Positions 39,546 to 49,035 of a stretch of DNA of 64,000 nucleotides are shown here, one piece after another. The notes under the pieces were generated by a model. That model did not search any database. It saw only the letters and a program-made list of their open reading frames with translations, and was not told the DNA's origin. This DNA is from Gammaproteobacteria bacterium (lineage in GTDB: Bacteria > Pseudomonadota > Gammaproteobacteria > JAKDMP01), in assembly GCA_050739575.1 (NCBI GenBank), contig JBOIBN010000003.1, positions 608 to 64,607 on the forward strand, written 5' to 3'. The position numbers and the translations under genes are program-made. Within the stretch, counting starts at the first letter, position 1; every line of letters begins with the position of its first letter.

Positions 39546-40200
39546 GAATTCGCCCGAGGACCGCAAATACCTGTGGTATTTTGGGGGGCATCGGCTGGAA
39601 TGGCAAGGACGCTTGGACAAAACCTCCGGTGCGCGGCGCGGCGCGGTGGACGATTTGCCCGTACTGGTAGTGGACGGGTTGATGACGCCGGCGCAGAACG
39701 CGCAACTGTTTCAGTGGTTGAGCAATCTTCCGTTCACACGGACCGAATTCGCGCGCGAGGAGACCCGCGCCTTTCTGCATTGGGTGCACAAGTTGAGCGT
39801 TGCCGAGTGCGAGCGGTTGCCCCTTTACGCGGCGGCGGTGGGCGCGGTCGAGACCTGGTTCCCGGAGCGCGGTCCGCAACGTTGCTACCGAACCTACTGC
39901 AATTCCGCGACCTACGGCGATATGTTGTTCACCCACACCGACAGCCAGCCAGGCGTGGAAGAGTTGACGGCTCTGTGGTACATCGCGCCGCGTTGGGATC
40001 TGGAGTGGGGCGGGGAGACCATTCTTTTCAATGCCGCGGGGGATGCCGAGTTCGTGGTAAGTCCGCGGCCGGGGCGGCTCCTGGTCTTCGACGGACGCAT
40101 CCGTCATGTCGGGCGGGCACCGAACCGGGTCTGCGTGATTCCGCGCCTGACCTTCGCGCTCAAGTTCGAGCCGCTGACTGCTCGGGTGCCGGCGGTCTGA
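39544..40200 (+). CDS. 2OG-Fe(II) oxygenase-superfamily protein (2OG-FeII_Oxy_3-like)
   Basis: HTD...H...R jelly-roll motifs (FTHTDSQ, RIRHVGRAP). Its start shares the CATG tetranucleotide with the divergent gene. Confidence 0.6.
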   Translation: MNSPEDRKYLWYFGGHRLEWQGRLDKTSGARRGAVDDLPVLVVDGLMTPAQNAQLFQWLSNLPFTRTEFAREETRAFLHWVHKLSVAECERLPLYAAAVGAVETWFPERGPQRCYRTYCNSATYGDMLFTHTDSQPGVEELTALWYIAPRWDLEWGGETILFNAAGDAEFVVSPRPGRLLVFDGRIRHVGRAPNRVCVIPRLTFALKFEPLTARVPAV

Positions 40201-41548
40201 GCCGAGCGGTCGCAAAGCGCTTCTCGACGAGCGCATCCGCCTTGAGGTTGAAGCGTGCGAGAGCCGACTGCGCCGTCGAGAGCGCTTCGCGCTCCACCGC
40301 TTTGAGGCTCGGATGCCAGACTTCCAGAATCAACACTACCCGCACTTCCGCGCTGCGGTTCCAAGCCTCGTGCTCGAAGCTGTCGTCGAATATCAGACAT
40401 TTTCGGGGAGTCCAGCCGCGGGTTTGATCCCCGACCCGGATTGAACAATGCGGCGGAATCACCAGCGGCAAATGCACCGCGAGCTTGTAGTTGGCGATGC
40501 CGTAATGCGGCGGAATATGGGTATGAGGTTCGAGGATCGAGAAGAATATTTCCGGCGCGTGGCCCTGCATGCGCACGAGCGGCAGAGCCTCCAGGGCGGC
40601 AGTAGTCGCCGGACAGCGCGTGCAGTGCTCGGCCACGCGCTCGCCGCTGCGATAGAGATGATAGGAACTCCACTTGGAGGAGTAATTCAACTCGCGCCAA
40701 CGGCCTTCCCGACCTTCCGGATCCTGGACATAGGGCGCAAGCTCCTTGCGTTCGGCAAGCACCGCGCGCAGTTCGTGGCGGATCGCGTCGGTCTTGCATT
40801 CGAGGTCGGCAAGAAAGGGCAAGTCTGTCCGTTCAAAAAAGGGATGGGCATCAAGTCCCGGCACATAGGCGTAGGCGGGCCGCTGCAACGGATCACTATA
40901 GGCGGGGAGCGCGGCGCGACACATGTGGCGAATGGTGGGTTCAATGCGGTCCAGCGCAGTTGGAGGATTCGCGCGCAGGAGCGGCGCCAGCGCCGTGTGC
41001 ACCGTGGCTATGCGCGCGCGAGCGAGTTGTACCAAGGCACGGCGAATGGCTCGTTGAGGGCCGTGGGATTCACGACTGGCCGCGGCGAAAGCGCGCAAGC
41101 CGCCGACCCGGTTCTCGGCATGCAGGTAGGAGGCGACGGCTTCCTCGCTGCGCCCGAGCGCCATCAGTACTTCGCCGCGCTGGATCCAAGCCATAGCCAA
41201 CTCCGGGTGCAACTCGAGAGCGGTATCGAATGCCATCAGTGCCCCTTCGAGGTAGCCACGCGCGCGCAGAATAATGCCGAGATTCTGGTGCATTGCGGCC
41301 CCGCGCGGTGCCGCGCGGATCGCCCGTTCAATATACGTCTGCGCCGTATCGAGTTCTTTGCGTAGCAGCGCTCGGTGCGCGAGGTAGCGCAGTGCCGGCA
41401 CGTGCAGGGGTGCAGCATTCACAAGTTCGCGAAAGATGCGTTCCGCGTCGTCGTGCCGCTGGTTGCGAACGAGTTCGGCACCGAGCGCTTCGAGTTGACG
41501 GATTTGAGCGGGGAGTTCGGCGGCTGATGGGGAGGTTGGCTCGTTCAA
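40160..41548 (-). CDS. TPR-repeat / aspartyl-asparaginyl beta-hydroxylase-domain fusion (AspH/LpxO/OlsC superfamily)
   Basis: N-terminal TPRs. C-terminal Asp_Arg_Hydrox motifs HTHIPPHYGIANYKLAVHLPL and FDDSFEHEAWN. Confidence 0.75.
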   Translation of the reverse strand: MNEPTSPSAAELPAQIRQLEALGAELVRNQRHDDAERIFRELVNAAPLHVPALRYLAHRALLRKELDTAQTYIERAIRAAPRGAAMHQNLGIILRARGYLEGALMAFDTALELHPELAMAWIQRGEVLMALGRSEEAVASYLHAENRVGGLRAFAAASRESHGPQRAIRRALVQLARARIATVHTALAPLLRANPPTALDRIEPTIRHMCRAALPAYSDPLQRPAYAYVPGLDAHPFFERTDLPFLADLECKTDAIRHELRAVLAERKELAPYVQDPEGREGRWRELNYSSKWSSYHLYRSGERVAEHCTRCPATTAALEALPLVRMQGHAPEIFFSILEPHTHIPPHYGIANYKLAVHLPLVIPPHCSIRVGDQTRGWTPRKCLIFDDSFEHEAWNRSAEVRVVLILEVWHPSLKAVEREALSTAQSALARFNLKADALVEKRFATARLRPPAPEQSAART

Positions 41549-41604
41549 GGTGGTGTCGGCAGGGGTTTACGGTGACGCAAGTCAGTCTAGCAGGCCGACT
41601 GCCT

Positions 41605-42663
41605 TCACCCGCCGGGCTTTGCGGGGAATTGCCAAGGCAGGAGGGCAAAGGGGAAATCAGCGGTGCCGATGCCGAAGGTGGCGCGCGCATAGTCGAGTCC
41701 GTCGTGTAGGGGTTTGTCCAGCAACCGGCGCGCTAACGTCTGTTCTTCCCGCCGTCGAGCGGGCGTGTAGGCAAGTGAAGGATATTTAGCGTGGCGCATC
41801 CACAATGGCCCTGCCGCGATTCCGGACGCTTCTGCACGCGTCAACGCAACATCCATCCATTCGGCGCATGCCTGAAGGACTGTGACGGGATCGGCGAGGA
41901 GTTCGGTCGCCGTGAGTACACGCACTCTCTCCCGTGTCGTGCTTTCGAGCCAGGCGCGGAGTTCGAGAATTTGCAGTGTCCAGGCAAGTGCCGCACGCTC
42001 GGCAAGTTCTTCGGGAACCGGATTTGTCGCCGCCCATGCGTGGCCGACAGGATCGGCGAGAAACCGGGCAAGAAACTGCTGGATCCCGCGTTCACTTTCG
42101 CGTGGACGCTTGAGCACCGACAGAAGAAAGGGCTCGAGTTCGTCGTAGAGCAGCAGCGCGCGCGAAGCCGGATGCAGGCCCAGCAGCGCGGGGGCCAGGT
42201 TGTTGGCCAGATTCGTAGGCTTGATGATTGTCCGTTCGCCGGTTGTGAACGGACGTATCAGCAGATTCAGGGTCAGGGGCAGGAGCTCCGTCTCACTGCG
42301 AACCGATGTCGTGCGCCTGCGCCTGAGATCGGCAAGTTGGAGGAGCGTCGCCGGTTCGCGGAGCACCAGCGAGCGGCCGGGCCAGTCCAGGCTGCGGGCG
42401 AACAGCGTCGAGCAGCAAAAGGCGGTGTGGAAGATGAAGTGCGGCGGTTCGGTGTTCTCATCGCTATGGGTTCCGGCAAGCAGTTCGGCAATCGGTACCT
42501 CCGCGGGATGGGCGGCATCCGTTGCGATGCGTTGATCGAGAAAACTCGATTGTTGCAGGATGCTTCTCTCCAGGGTGAGAAATTGCGCACTGTCGCGCGC
42601 AAAATCGTAGGCATATAACCAGGCTTGTGGCGCCTGCCACCGGAAGCGGTCAGATTCGTTCAC
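41605..42663 (-). CDS. hypothetical protein, possible degenerate sulfotransferase-like fold
   Basis: 352-aa ORF in the operon. N-terminal 'PHFIFHTAFCCSTLF' sits where sulfotransferases carry PxFIxGxPRSGTT, but the PAPS-binding residues are missing. Confidence 0.45.
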   Translation of the reverse strand: MNESDRFRWQAPQAWLYAYDFARDSAQFLTLERSILQQSSFLDQRIATDAAHPAEVPIAELLAGTHSDENTEPPHFIFHTAFCCSTLFARSLDWPGRSLVLREPATLLQLADLRRRRTTSVRSETELLPLTLNLLIRPFTTGERTIIKPTNLANNLAPALLGLHPASRALLLYDELEPFLLSVLKRPRESERGIQQFLARFLADPVGHAWAATNPVPEELAERAALAWTLQILELRAWLESTTRERVRVLTATELLADPVTVLQACAEWMDVALTRAEASGIAAGPLWMRHAKYPSLAYTPARRREEQTLARRLLDKPLHDGLDYARATFGIGTADFPFALLPWQFPAKPGG

Positions 42664-42671
42664 GCCCGGCT

Positions 42672-43325
42672 TCAGAGGGTTAACTCCAAGGCACCCGGAC
42701 GCACGTCGAAGGCGATGATCGCGCGCTCGCCTTCGCCATGGAAGGGGTGAACGTAGTGCAGGTAGAACGGCGGGAACAGCAGCAGCAGTCCTTCTTCCGG
42801 CACGATCCGCCGGGTGGTGTTGAAGCCGTGGTGCACCGCGATGGGATGCGGGTTGATGAATTCGATACAGCCCTCTGGCGGTTTGAGCGGTGGCAGGCGC
42901 ACGTAGTACACGCCGCTCGCCAGATTGGCTGCGGTGGGATGCATGTGCGGGCTTTGCCAGTCGCCGGAAGCGAGCAGGTTGGCCCAGCCCATCACGTTCG
43001 GGTCGAGCGCGCGGGCCTGGGGGCCGAAGACGTTCTGCAGATAATGGTGCACGGACGGCAGCACATAGCGGTCGCGCAGGGTGCGGATCTCCGGGCGGTT
43101 CACCTGAAAGAGGTTGGTCTGTTTCGAGGTTTGGTAACCGCCCTGGGTGGAGATGCCTGCACTTTTCGCAGCATTTTCTCCGCTGTCACGGTAGCGTGCT
43201 GCCATATCTTTGATCCACGCGAAAAGCTTTTCGTTCAGAGCGCCCATATCGGGATGGTGTCGCGCGAGCACGGTGATGGGAAAGTGCTGCTCGATGGTTT
43301 CCGTGTAGCGCTCGTTTTCGCTCAT
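42672..43325 (-). CDS. TIGR02466 / 2OG-FeII_Oxy_5-family putative oxygenase (copy 2)
   Basis: SPHMHPTAANLASGVYYV...LLLFPPFYLHYVHPF signature. Paralog of 38841..39545. Confidence 0.7.
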   Translation of the reverse strand: MSENERYTETIEQHFPITVLARHHPDMGALNEKLFAWIKDMAARYRDSGENAAKSAGISTQGGYQTSKQTNLFQVNRPEIRTLRDRYVLPSVHHYLQNVFGPQARALDPNVMGWANLLASGDWQSPHMHPTAANLASGVYYVRLPPLKPPEGCIEFINPHPIAVHHGFNTTRRIVPEEGLLLLFPPFYLHYVHPFHGEGERAIIAFDVRPGALELTL

Positions 43326-43486
43326 GCTGCTCTCCTCATAAGCCCCTTCAGTCGTCGAAAAACGTGGCGAGTGAAGGGAGTATTGGGTTGTCGGAGTGCA
43401 GGAACCGCAGTTACATGCAGGTAAATGCGGATTCCGGGCACCGCTCGCCTTTCAAGTCACCAGGCAAGGCGGTTTTTTCGACAAGC

Positions 43487-43573
43487 TGGTGCCGGGAGGG
43501 GGAATCGAACCCCCACGGTGTCGCCACCACCGGATTTTGAGTCCGGCGCGTCTACCAGTTCCGCCATCCCGGC
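43487..43573 (-). tRNA. tRNA-Leu (anticodon CAA), type II with long variable arm
   Basis: The reverse complement reads GCCGGGATGGCGGAACTGGTAGACGCGCCGGACTCAAAATCCGG-[variable arm]-GGGTTCGATTCCCCCTCCCGGCACCA. Acceptor and anticodon stems pair, and the T-loop is GGTTCGATTCC. Confidence 0.85.
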
Positions 43574-43670
43574 CGCAAGGCCACAGTGTAGCGGAGCGGC
43601 TGAAAAGGAGAAAGTGCCTACTTTATGTCAGCCGTATAATAATCAGTTAAGTTTCTTACCGGCGGCCGTA

Positions 43671-45134
43671 ATGCGCATCTCCCGGGAAGCCCTCACTTTC
43701 GACGACGTGCTGCTTCTGCCCGGATACTCCGAGGTGCTACCGCGGGATGCCGATCTGACGACCCGCCTCACGCGCCGTATCGCGCTCAATATCCCCCTTG
43801 TTTCCGCGGCCATGGACAGCGTGACAGAGGCCCGTCTCGCGATTGCCCTCGCTCAGGATGGCGGCATCGGTATCGTCCACAAGAACATGAGCCCGGAGGC
43901 CCAGGCTGCCGAGGTGCGGCGGGTGAAGAAGTTTGAATCGGGCGTAGTCACCGATCCGATCACGGTGAGTCCCGATACTACCATCGTCGAAGTGATCGAG
44001 CTGCGCCGCCAGCATGGGATTTCGGGCTTGCCGGTCGTGGAGGGCACGCGACTCGTGGGCATTGTGACCAGCCGCGATCTGCGCTTCGAGGAGCGCCTGG
44101 ACGAGCCGGTCGCCAGCGTCATGACACCGGCGGCCCGGCTCGTCACCGTGGGCGAGGGAGCCCCTCGCGAGGAGGTCATAGACAAGCTTCAGCGCAACCG
44201 CATCGAGAAGGTGCTGATTGTGAATGAGGCCTTCGAGTTGCGTGGCATGATTACCGTGCGCGACATCAACAAGGCGCGCGACTACCCGCGGGCCGCCAAG
44301 GACGAGGCCGGGCGACTGCGAGTGGGGGCCGCGGCGGGCGTCGGCGCCGAGGCGCTCGAACGGATCGAGGCCTTGGTTGCTGCCGGGGTAGACGTGGTCG
44401 TAATTGACACCGCCCACGGCCATTCGCGCGGCGTCATCGCCATGGTCAGGGAAGTACATGCACGATTCCCGGAACTCCCTCTCATCGCTGGCAATATCGT
44501 GACCGCCGCGGGAGCCAAGGCCTTGGTCGAGGCGGGTGTGGACGGCGTCAAAGTCGGCGTCGGCCCCGGCTCGATCTGTACCACCCGTGTGGTGACCGGC
44601 GTCGGCGTGCCGCAGGTGAGCGCAATCAGCGAAGTTGCGGCGGCGCTCGCGAAGACCGGCATCCCGCTGATTGCCGATGGCGGGGTGCGCTATTCTGGCG
44701 ACTTCGCCAAGGCGATCGCCGCCGGTGCGCACTCAGTGATGATCGGGAGTCTCTTCGCGGGCACCGAGGAGGCGCCCGGCGAGGTCGAGTTGTACCAGGG
44801 ACGCTCCTACAAGACTTATCGTGGCATGGGTTCGCTCGGCGCGATGAGCCAGCGCCACGGCTCAGGTGATCGCTATTTCCAGGAAGGCGCGGATTTCGAA
44901 AAGCTGGTGCCCGAGGGCATCGAGGGACGCGTGCCTTACACGGGCGGTGTCTCGGCCATCATTCATCAACTGATTGGAGGCCTGCGGGCAAGCATGGGCT
45001 ACACCGGTTCGCCTGACATAGAGGCACTGCGCACGCGTGCCGAGTTTGTCCGCGTGACGCTTGCCGGAATGCGCGAAAGTCACGTACACGACGTCGCCAT
45101 CACCAAGGAAGCGCCCAATTACCGCCTCGAATAA
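43671..45134 (+). CDS. guaB: IMP dehydrogenase
   Basis: Full-length IMPDH similarity: CBS pair, catalytic [11 protein letters not shown] loop, and GGVRYSGD. Confidence 0.92.
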   Translation: MRISREALTFDDVLLLPGYSEVLPRDADLTTRLTRRIALNIPLVSAAMDSVTEARLAIALAQDGGIGIVHKNMSPEAQAAEVRRVKKFESGVVTDPITVSPDTTIVEVIELRRQHGISGLPVVEGTRLVGIVTSRDLRFEERLDEPVASVMTPAARLVTVGEGAPREEVIDKLQRNRIEKVLIVNEAFELRGMITVRDINKARDYPRAAKDEAGRLRVGAAAGVGAEALERIEALVAAGVDVVVIDTAHGHSRGVIAMVREVHARFPELPLIAGNIVTAAGAKALVEAGVDGVKVGVGPGSICTTRVVTGVGVPQVSAISEVAAALAKTGIPLIADGGVRYSGDFAKAIAAGAHSVMIGSLFAGTEEAPGEVELYQGRSYKTYRGMGSLGAMSQRHGSGDRYFQEGADFEKLVPEGIEGRVPYTGGVSAIIHQLIGGLRASMGYTGSPDIEALRTRAEFVRVTLAGMRESHVHDVAITKEAPNYRLE

Positions 45135-46717
45135 TGCCGCAAGCAGCGGAGTTTGACGTGACGGCTCCCGCGGGCGAGCGGGTCCTGATTCTTGACTTCG
45201 GCTCCCAATACACTCAGCTCATCGCCCGGCGCGTGCGTGAGGCCGGTGTCTATGCCGAAATCCGGCCGGCAACGGCGATGGCCGACGAGATTGTCCGCTA
45301 TGGCGCCTGCGGCGTGATTTTGTCCGGCAGTCCGGCCTCGACGATTGGGAAGAGTCCGCCAGCGGTGCCGGACATCGTGTTCGAACTCGGTGTGCCGGTG
45401 CTCGGCATTTGTTACGGCATGCAGGCGTTTGCGTCCCAGCTCGGCGGCCGGGTCGAGGCGAACGGTGAACGCGAGTTCGGCTACGCGCGAGTTGTGGTGG
45501 CGGCGCCGGGAAGATTGCTTGCTGGAATTGAGGATCGTCCGGGCGAGCTGGATGTCTGGATGTCGCACGGGGACCGGGTGCTCGCGCCTCCGCCCGGCTT
45601 TTCGATCCTTGCCTGCACGGATTCGGCGCCGATCGCCGCGATGGCGGACGAGAAGCGCGGTTTCTACGGATTGCAATTCCATCCGGAAGTGACCCACACC
45701 CGTCAGGGCCGCCGCATTCTCGAGCGCTTCGTGCGCGAGATCTGCGGTGCTTCGGGTGCTTGGACGACCGACAACATCGTCGCCGGACACATCGCTTCCA
45801 TCCGCGAACAGGTTGGTGAGAGCGAAGTCGTGATGGCGCTTTCGGGCGGCGTGGATTCTTCTGTGGCGGCGGCCCTCATTCACCGCGCGATCGGCGATCG
45901 CTTGACCGCTGTCTTTGTGGATCACGGCCTGCTCAGGGCCAACGAGGCCGAGCAGGTGATGGCCGCGTTCGCGCGGCATCTGGGCGTCAAGATCATCCGG
46001 GTGGATGCCGAAGAGCGATTTCTGGGCGCACTCGCAGACATCACCGACCCGGAAGAAAAGCGCAAACTTATCGGCCGCAGCTTCATCGAGGTCTTCGAGG
46101 AGGAGGCCGCGAAGCTGCCCGCGGCCGAATGGCTGGGACAGGGCACGATCTACCCCGACGTGATCGAGTCGGCGGGCGCCGGCACGGGCGCGGCCGAAGT
46201 CATCAAGTCGCATCACAACGTTGGGGGGCTTCCCGAACGCATGCGGCTCAGGCTGCTCGAGCCGCTGCGCGATCTGTTCAAGGACGAGGTACGGAGAATC
46301 GGGCTCGAATTGGGGCTTCCGGCCGAACTCGTCGGGCGCCATCCATTTCCCGGGCCGGGGCTCGCGGTGCGCATCCTGGGCGAGGTCACGCGCGAGCGGG
46401 CGGAACTCGTGCGCCGCGCGGACGCGATTTTCATCGCGGCATTGCACGAGGCGGGACTCTACGATCGCGTCAGCCAGGCTTTCGCCGTGTTTCTGCCGGT
46501 ACGGTCGGTGGGCGTCATGGGCGACCAACGCCGCTACGAATACGTCGTCGCGCTGCGCGCGGTAGAAACTACCGACTTCATGACGGCACATTGGGCGCAC
46601 CTGCCTTATGAATTTCTCGACGAGGTCGCGCGGCGCATCATTAATCGGGTGCCGGGCATCGCCCGCGTCGTTTACGACATTTCGAACAAGCCCCCGGCGA
46701 CCATCGAGTGGGAATGA
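45134..46717 (+). CDS. guaA: glutamine-hydrolysing GMP synthase
   Basis: GATase domain ([20 protein letters not shown]) plus ATP-PPase SGGVDSSV. guaBA synteny. Confidence 0.92.
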   Translation: MPQAAEFDVTAPAGERVLILDFGSQYTQLIARRVREAGVYAEIRPATAMADEIVRYGACGVILSGSPASTIGKSPPAVPDIVFELGVPVLGICYGMQAFASQLGGRVEANGEREFGYARVVVAAPGRLLAGIEDRPGELDVWMSHGDRVLAPPPGFSILACTDSAPIAAMADEKRGFYGLQFHPEVTHTRQGRRILERFVREICGASGAWTTDNIVAGHIASIREQVGESEVVMALSGGVDSSVAAALIHRAIGDRLTAVFVDHGLLRANEAEQVMAAFARHLGVKIIRVDAEERFLGALADITDPEEKRKLIGRSFIEVFEEEAAKLPAAEWLGQGTIYPDVIESAGAGTGAAEVIKSHHNVGGLPERMRLRLLEPLRDLFKDEVRRIGLELGLPAELVGRHPFPGPGLAVRILGEVTRERAELVRRADAIFIAALHEAGLYDRVSQAFAVFLPVRSVGVMGDQRRYEYVVALRAVETTDFMTAHWAHLPYEFLDEVARRIINRVPGIARVVYDISNKPPATIEWE

Positions 46718-46769
46718 AAGAGAGAAGTGGGGAAAGATAAAGTGGGAAGCGAAAAGCGAAAGGTGAGAC

Positions 46770-47273
46770 GTGAATCATAGGCCAGAAAATCCGGCTTCTC
46801 TCACTCCTCGCTCTTTACTTCCCATTTCTCTCGATTCCCGCTGGATGAGACGCGCGCTCCGACTCGCCCGTCGTGCGGGCGCTGCGGGCGAGGTGCCGAT
46901 CGGAGCGGTGCTGATCCGGGACGACCGATTGCTCGCCGCAGCAGCGAATGGACCTATCGCTTGCCACGATCCCACGGCGCATGCCGAGATTCTCGCCCTT
47001 CGCCGTGCGGCCCGCCGTGAGCGCAATTATCGTTTGCCTGGAGCGGTGCTTTACGTCACGCTCGAACCCTGCGCCATGTGCGCTGGCGCGATCGTGCAGG
47101 CTCGGCTCGCCCGCGTGGTGTACGCCGCCGCCGACCCGCGCGTCGGCGCTGCGACCAGCGTATTCAGATTGCTCGACGACGCGCGTCTGAATCATCGCGT
47201 TGAAATTTCTGCGGGAGTCGAAATGCAAGCGGCGTCCGTGTTGCTGCGGGAATTTTTCCGGAACCGTCGTTAA
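46770..47273 (+). CDS. tadA: tRNA adenosine(34) deaminase
   Basis: HAEILALR and PCAMCAGA zinc-binding deaminase motifs. The start may be at 46844. Confidence 0.85.
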   Translation: MNHRPENPASLTPRSLLPISLDSRWMRRALRLARRAGAAGEVPIGAVLIRDDRLLAAAANGPIACHDPTAHAEILALRRAARRERNYRLPGAVLYVTLEPCAMCAGAIVQARLARVVYAAADPRVGAATSVFRLLDDARLNHRVEISAGVEMQAASVLLREFFRNRR

Positions 47274-47342
47274 GTCAGACGCCGATCACCGGTGAACACA
47301 GATTGATTAGGGAGCCTCTGATTTACTCAGGGTTTCCGAGTT

Positions 47343-48830
47343 TTAGAGGGCGGGCAGCGTCAACGCAGACGCCAAGCTGTCGGCAACTTGCCGGGGCAGG
47401 CTGTTTTGTGCCGTACGCCAAGCCAGAATGTCGTAATAGCTACGGATGTTCGCCACGTAGCGTACCGCCTGCTCGCCGTTCGCGTAGCCATAGTGTGCAT
47501 GCGCATAGTACCGCCGTTCCGCGAGGAGCGGTAGCGCCCGCTTCACGTCGGCCCAGCTGTTCGGATTCCAGCCCAATTGCCGAGTCAATTCAAGGGCGTC
47601 GAGAAGATGGGCGTAGCCGATGTTGTAGGCGGCAAGCGTCATCCAGGTGCGGTCCGGCTCGGTGATGGAGGCGGGGAGCCGATCACGCAGCAGCGCGAGA
47701 TAGTGGGCGCCGCCGCGGATGCTCAGATGCGGATCAGCGCGGTCGAGTACCCCCAGCCGGGAGGCAGTGTTCGTGGTCAGCATCATGATGCCGCGGACGC
47801 CGGTCGGTGATTTGGCGTGCGGGTTCCAGTGCGACTCCTGGTAGCCCACCGCCGCGAGCAATTGCCAGGAAAGCCCGGTCGCCGAGGCCGCCTGCTCGAA
47901 GCTTTGGGCGTAGTCCGGGAACCGGTTGCCGAGGTCGTTCAGAAATCCTTCGGCCCGGACCTGATCGTACGCATCGTGGCCGCCATAGTAGCGCCTGAGG
48001 ATGGTCGCCACTTCCGTGTTGGCCTCGGCGCGCGTGAAGAAGGCCACTGTGGCCTGATAAAGACTTGTGTCCTGTCCACTGCGCACCGCCCAAGAGAGTG
48101 GGCGCTCATCGGTGAGCGGGAAGGCGGCCCGCAGTTGCGGATAAAACTGGCGGTAGAGCCGGAATTCGTTTTCGTTTGCGACCGTGTAGGCGATCCTGCC
48201 TTGCGCGAGATCTACCAGCAGCTCATCGGCGCCGGCGTCGGTCGAGACGTGCCAGTCGAGGGTCGGATGAAGTCGCGAGGTGCGCTGCATGAGAGAGCGG
48301 TAACTGGGCGCAACAGTAAGCGGAAAATCTGGACCGGCGAGGCTCGCCACGGTATCGGGCGCGGTCTCCCCGCTGCGATATACGACAAGCTGCGAAATCA
48401 TCTGATAGGGCGGGGTGAAACTGAGCCGCGGAAAGTCCCCGGACCGGACCGCGACGCCCGGCGCCGCGATGTCGGCGCGGCCTTCGGCAACCGCCTTCAG
48501 CGCTTGGTCGCCGTTAGCGACCTTGAGTATCTTGAGGCGCACGCCCAGTTCGTCAGCCAAGCGTCGGGCCAGATCATAGTCCGGACCTGCCGGGCCATAA
48601 GAGGCGAGATAGTAGGTCGTCGGGCTGTTCGGGGTTGCGAGCACGAGCACCCCGGCGTGTTGAACACGGCTGAGGGTGCTGGGCGCTTTGGCCAAGGTGG
48701 CGAGCAGGCAGACGGCCGCGACGACGAGGCTGATCTGGAGTACGCGCAGCCCGAGACTTGTGGCGCGCGCGCCGAACCGGTGCCGCCGGAGGTGGGCCAA
48801 GGCTTTCATCCGCTTTCGTATGGTCGGCAA
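47343..48830 (-). CDS. mltF: membrane-bound lytic murein transglycosylase F
   Basis: N-terminal periplasmic solute-binding-like domain plus C-terminal SLT domain (GYQESHWNP...GIMMLT). Confidence 0.8.
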   Translation of the reverse strand: MPTIRKRMKALAHLRRHRFGARATSLGLRVLQISLVVAAVCLLATLAKAPSTLSRVQHAGVLVLATPNSPTTYYLASYGPAGPDYDLARRLADELGVRLKILKVANGDQALKAVAEGRADIAAPGVAVRSGDFPRLSFTPPYQMISQLVVYRSGETAPDTVASLAGPDFPLTVAPSYRSLMQRTSRLHPTLDWHVSTDAGADELLVDLAQGRIAYTVANENEFRLYRQFYPQLRAAFPLTDERPLSWAVRSGQDTSLYQATVAFFTRAEANTEVATILRRYYGGHDAYDQVRAEGFLNDLGNRFPDYAQSFEQAASATGLSWQLLAAVGYQESHWNPHAKSPTGVRGIMMLTTNTASRLGVLDRADPHLSIRGGAHYLALLRDRLPASITEPDRTWMTLAAYNIGYAHLLDALELTRQLGWNPNSWADVKRALPLLAERRYYAHAHYGYANGEQAVRYVANIRSYYDILAWRTAQNSLPRQVADSLASALTLPAL

Positions 48831-48924
48831 GTCAGCGCCATTGTAACTGTTTAGGGGGATACGTGCTGGGCGGGTCTGGTATTCTTACCCGCCTGTCCCC
48901 CGGAGCCCCGGGGGCGAAGCCAGC

Positions 48925-49014
<90 letters not shown>

Positions 49015-49035
49015 CTTATTCGGGACCCACGATCC

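Noticed and set aside
43737-46600. 331-aa and 493-aa minus-strand ORFs opposite guaB and guaA
   Set aside because: Antisense to highly conserved housekeeping genes.
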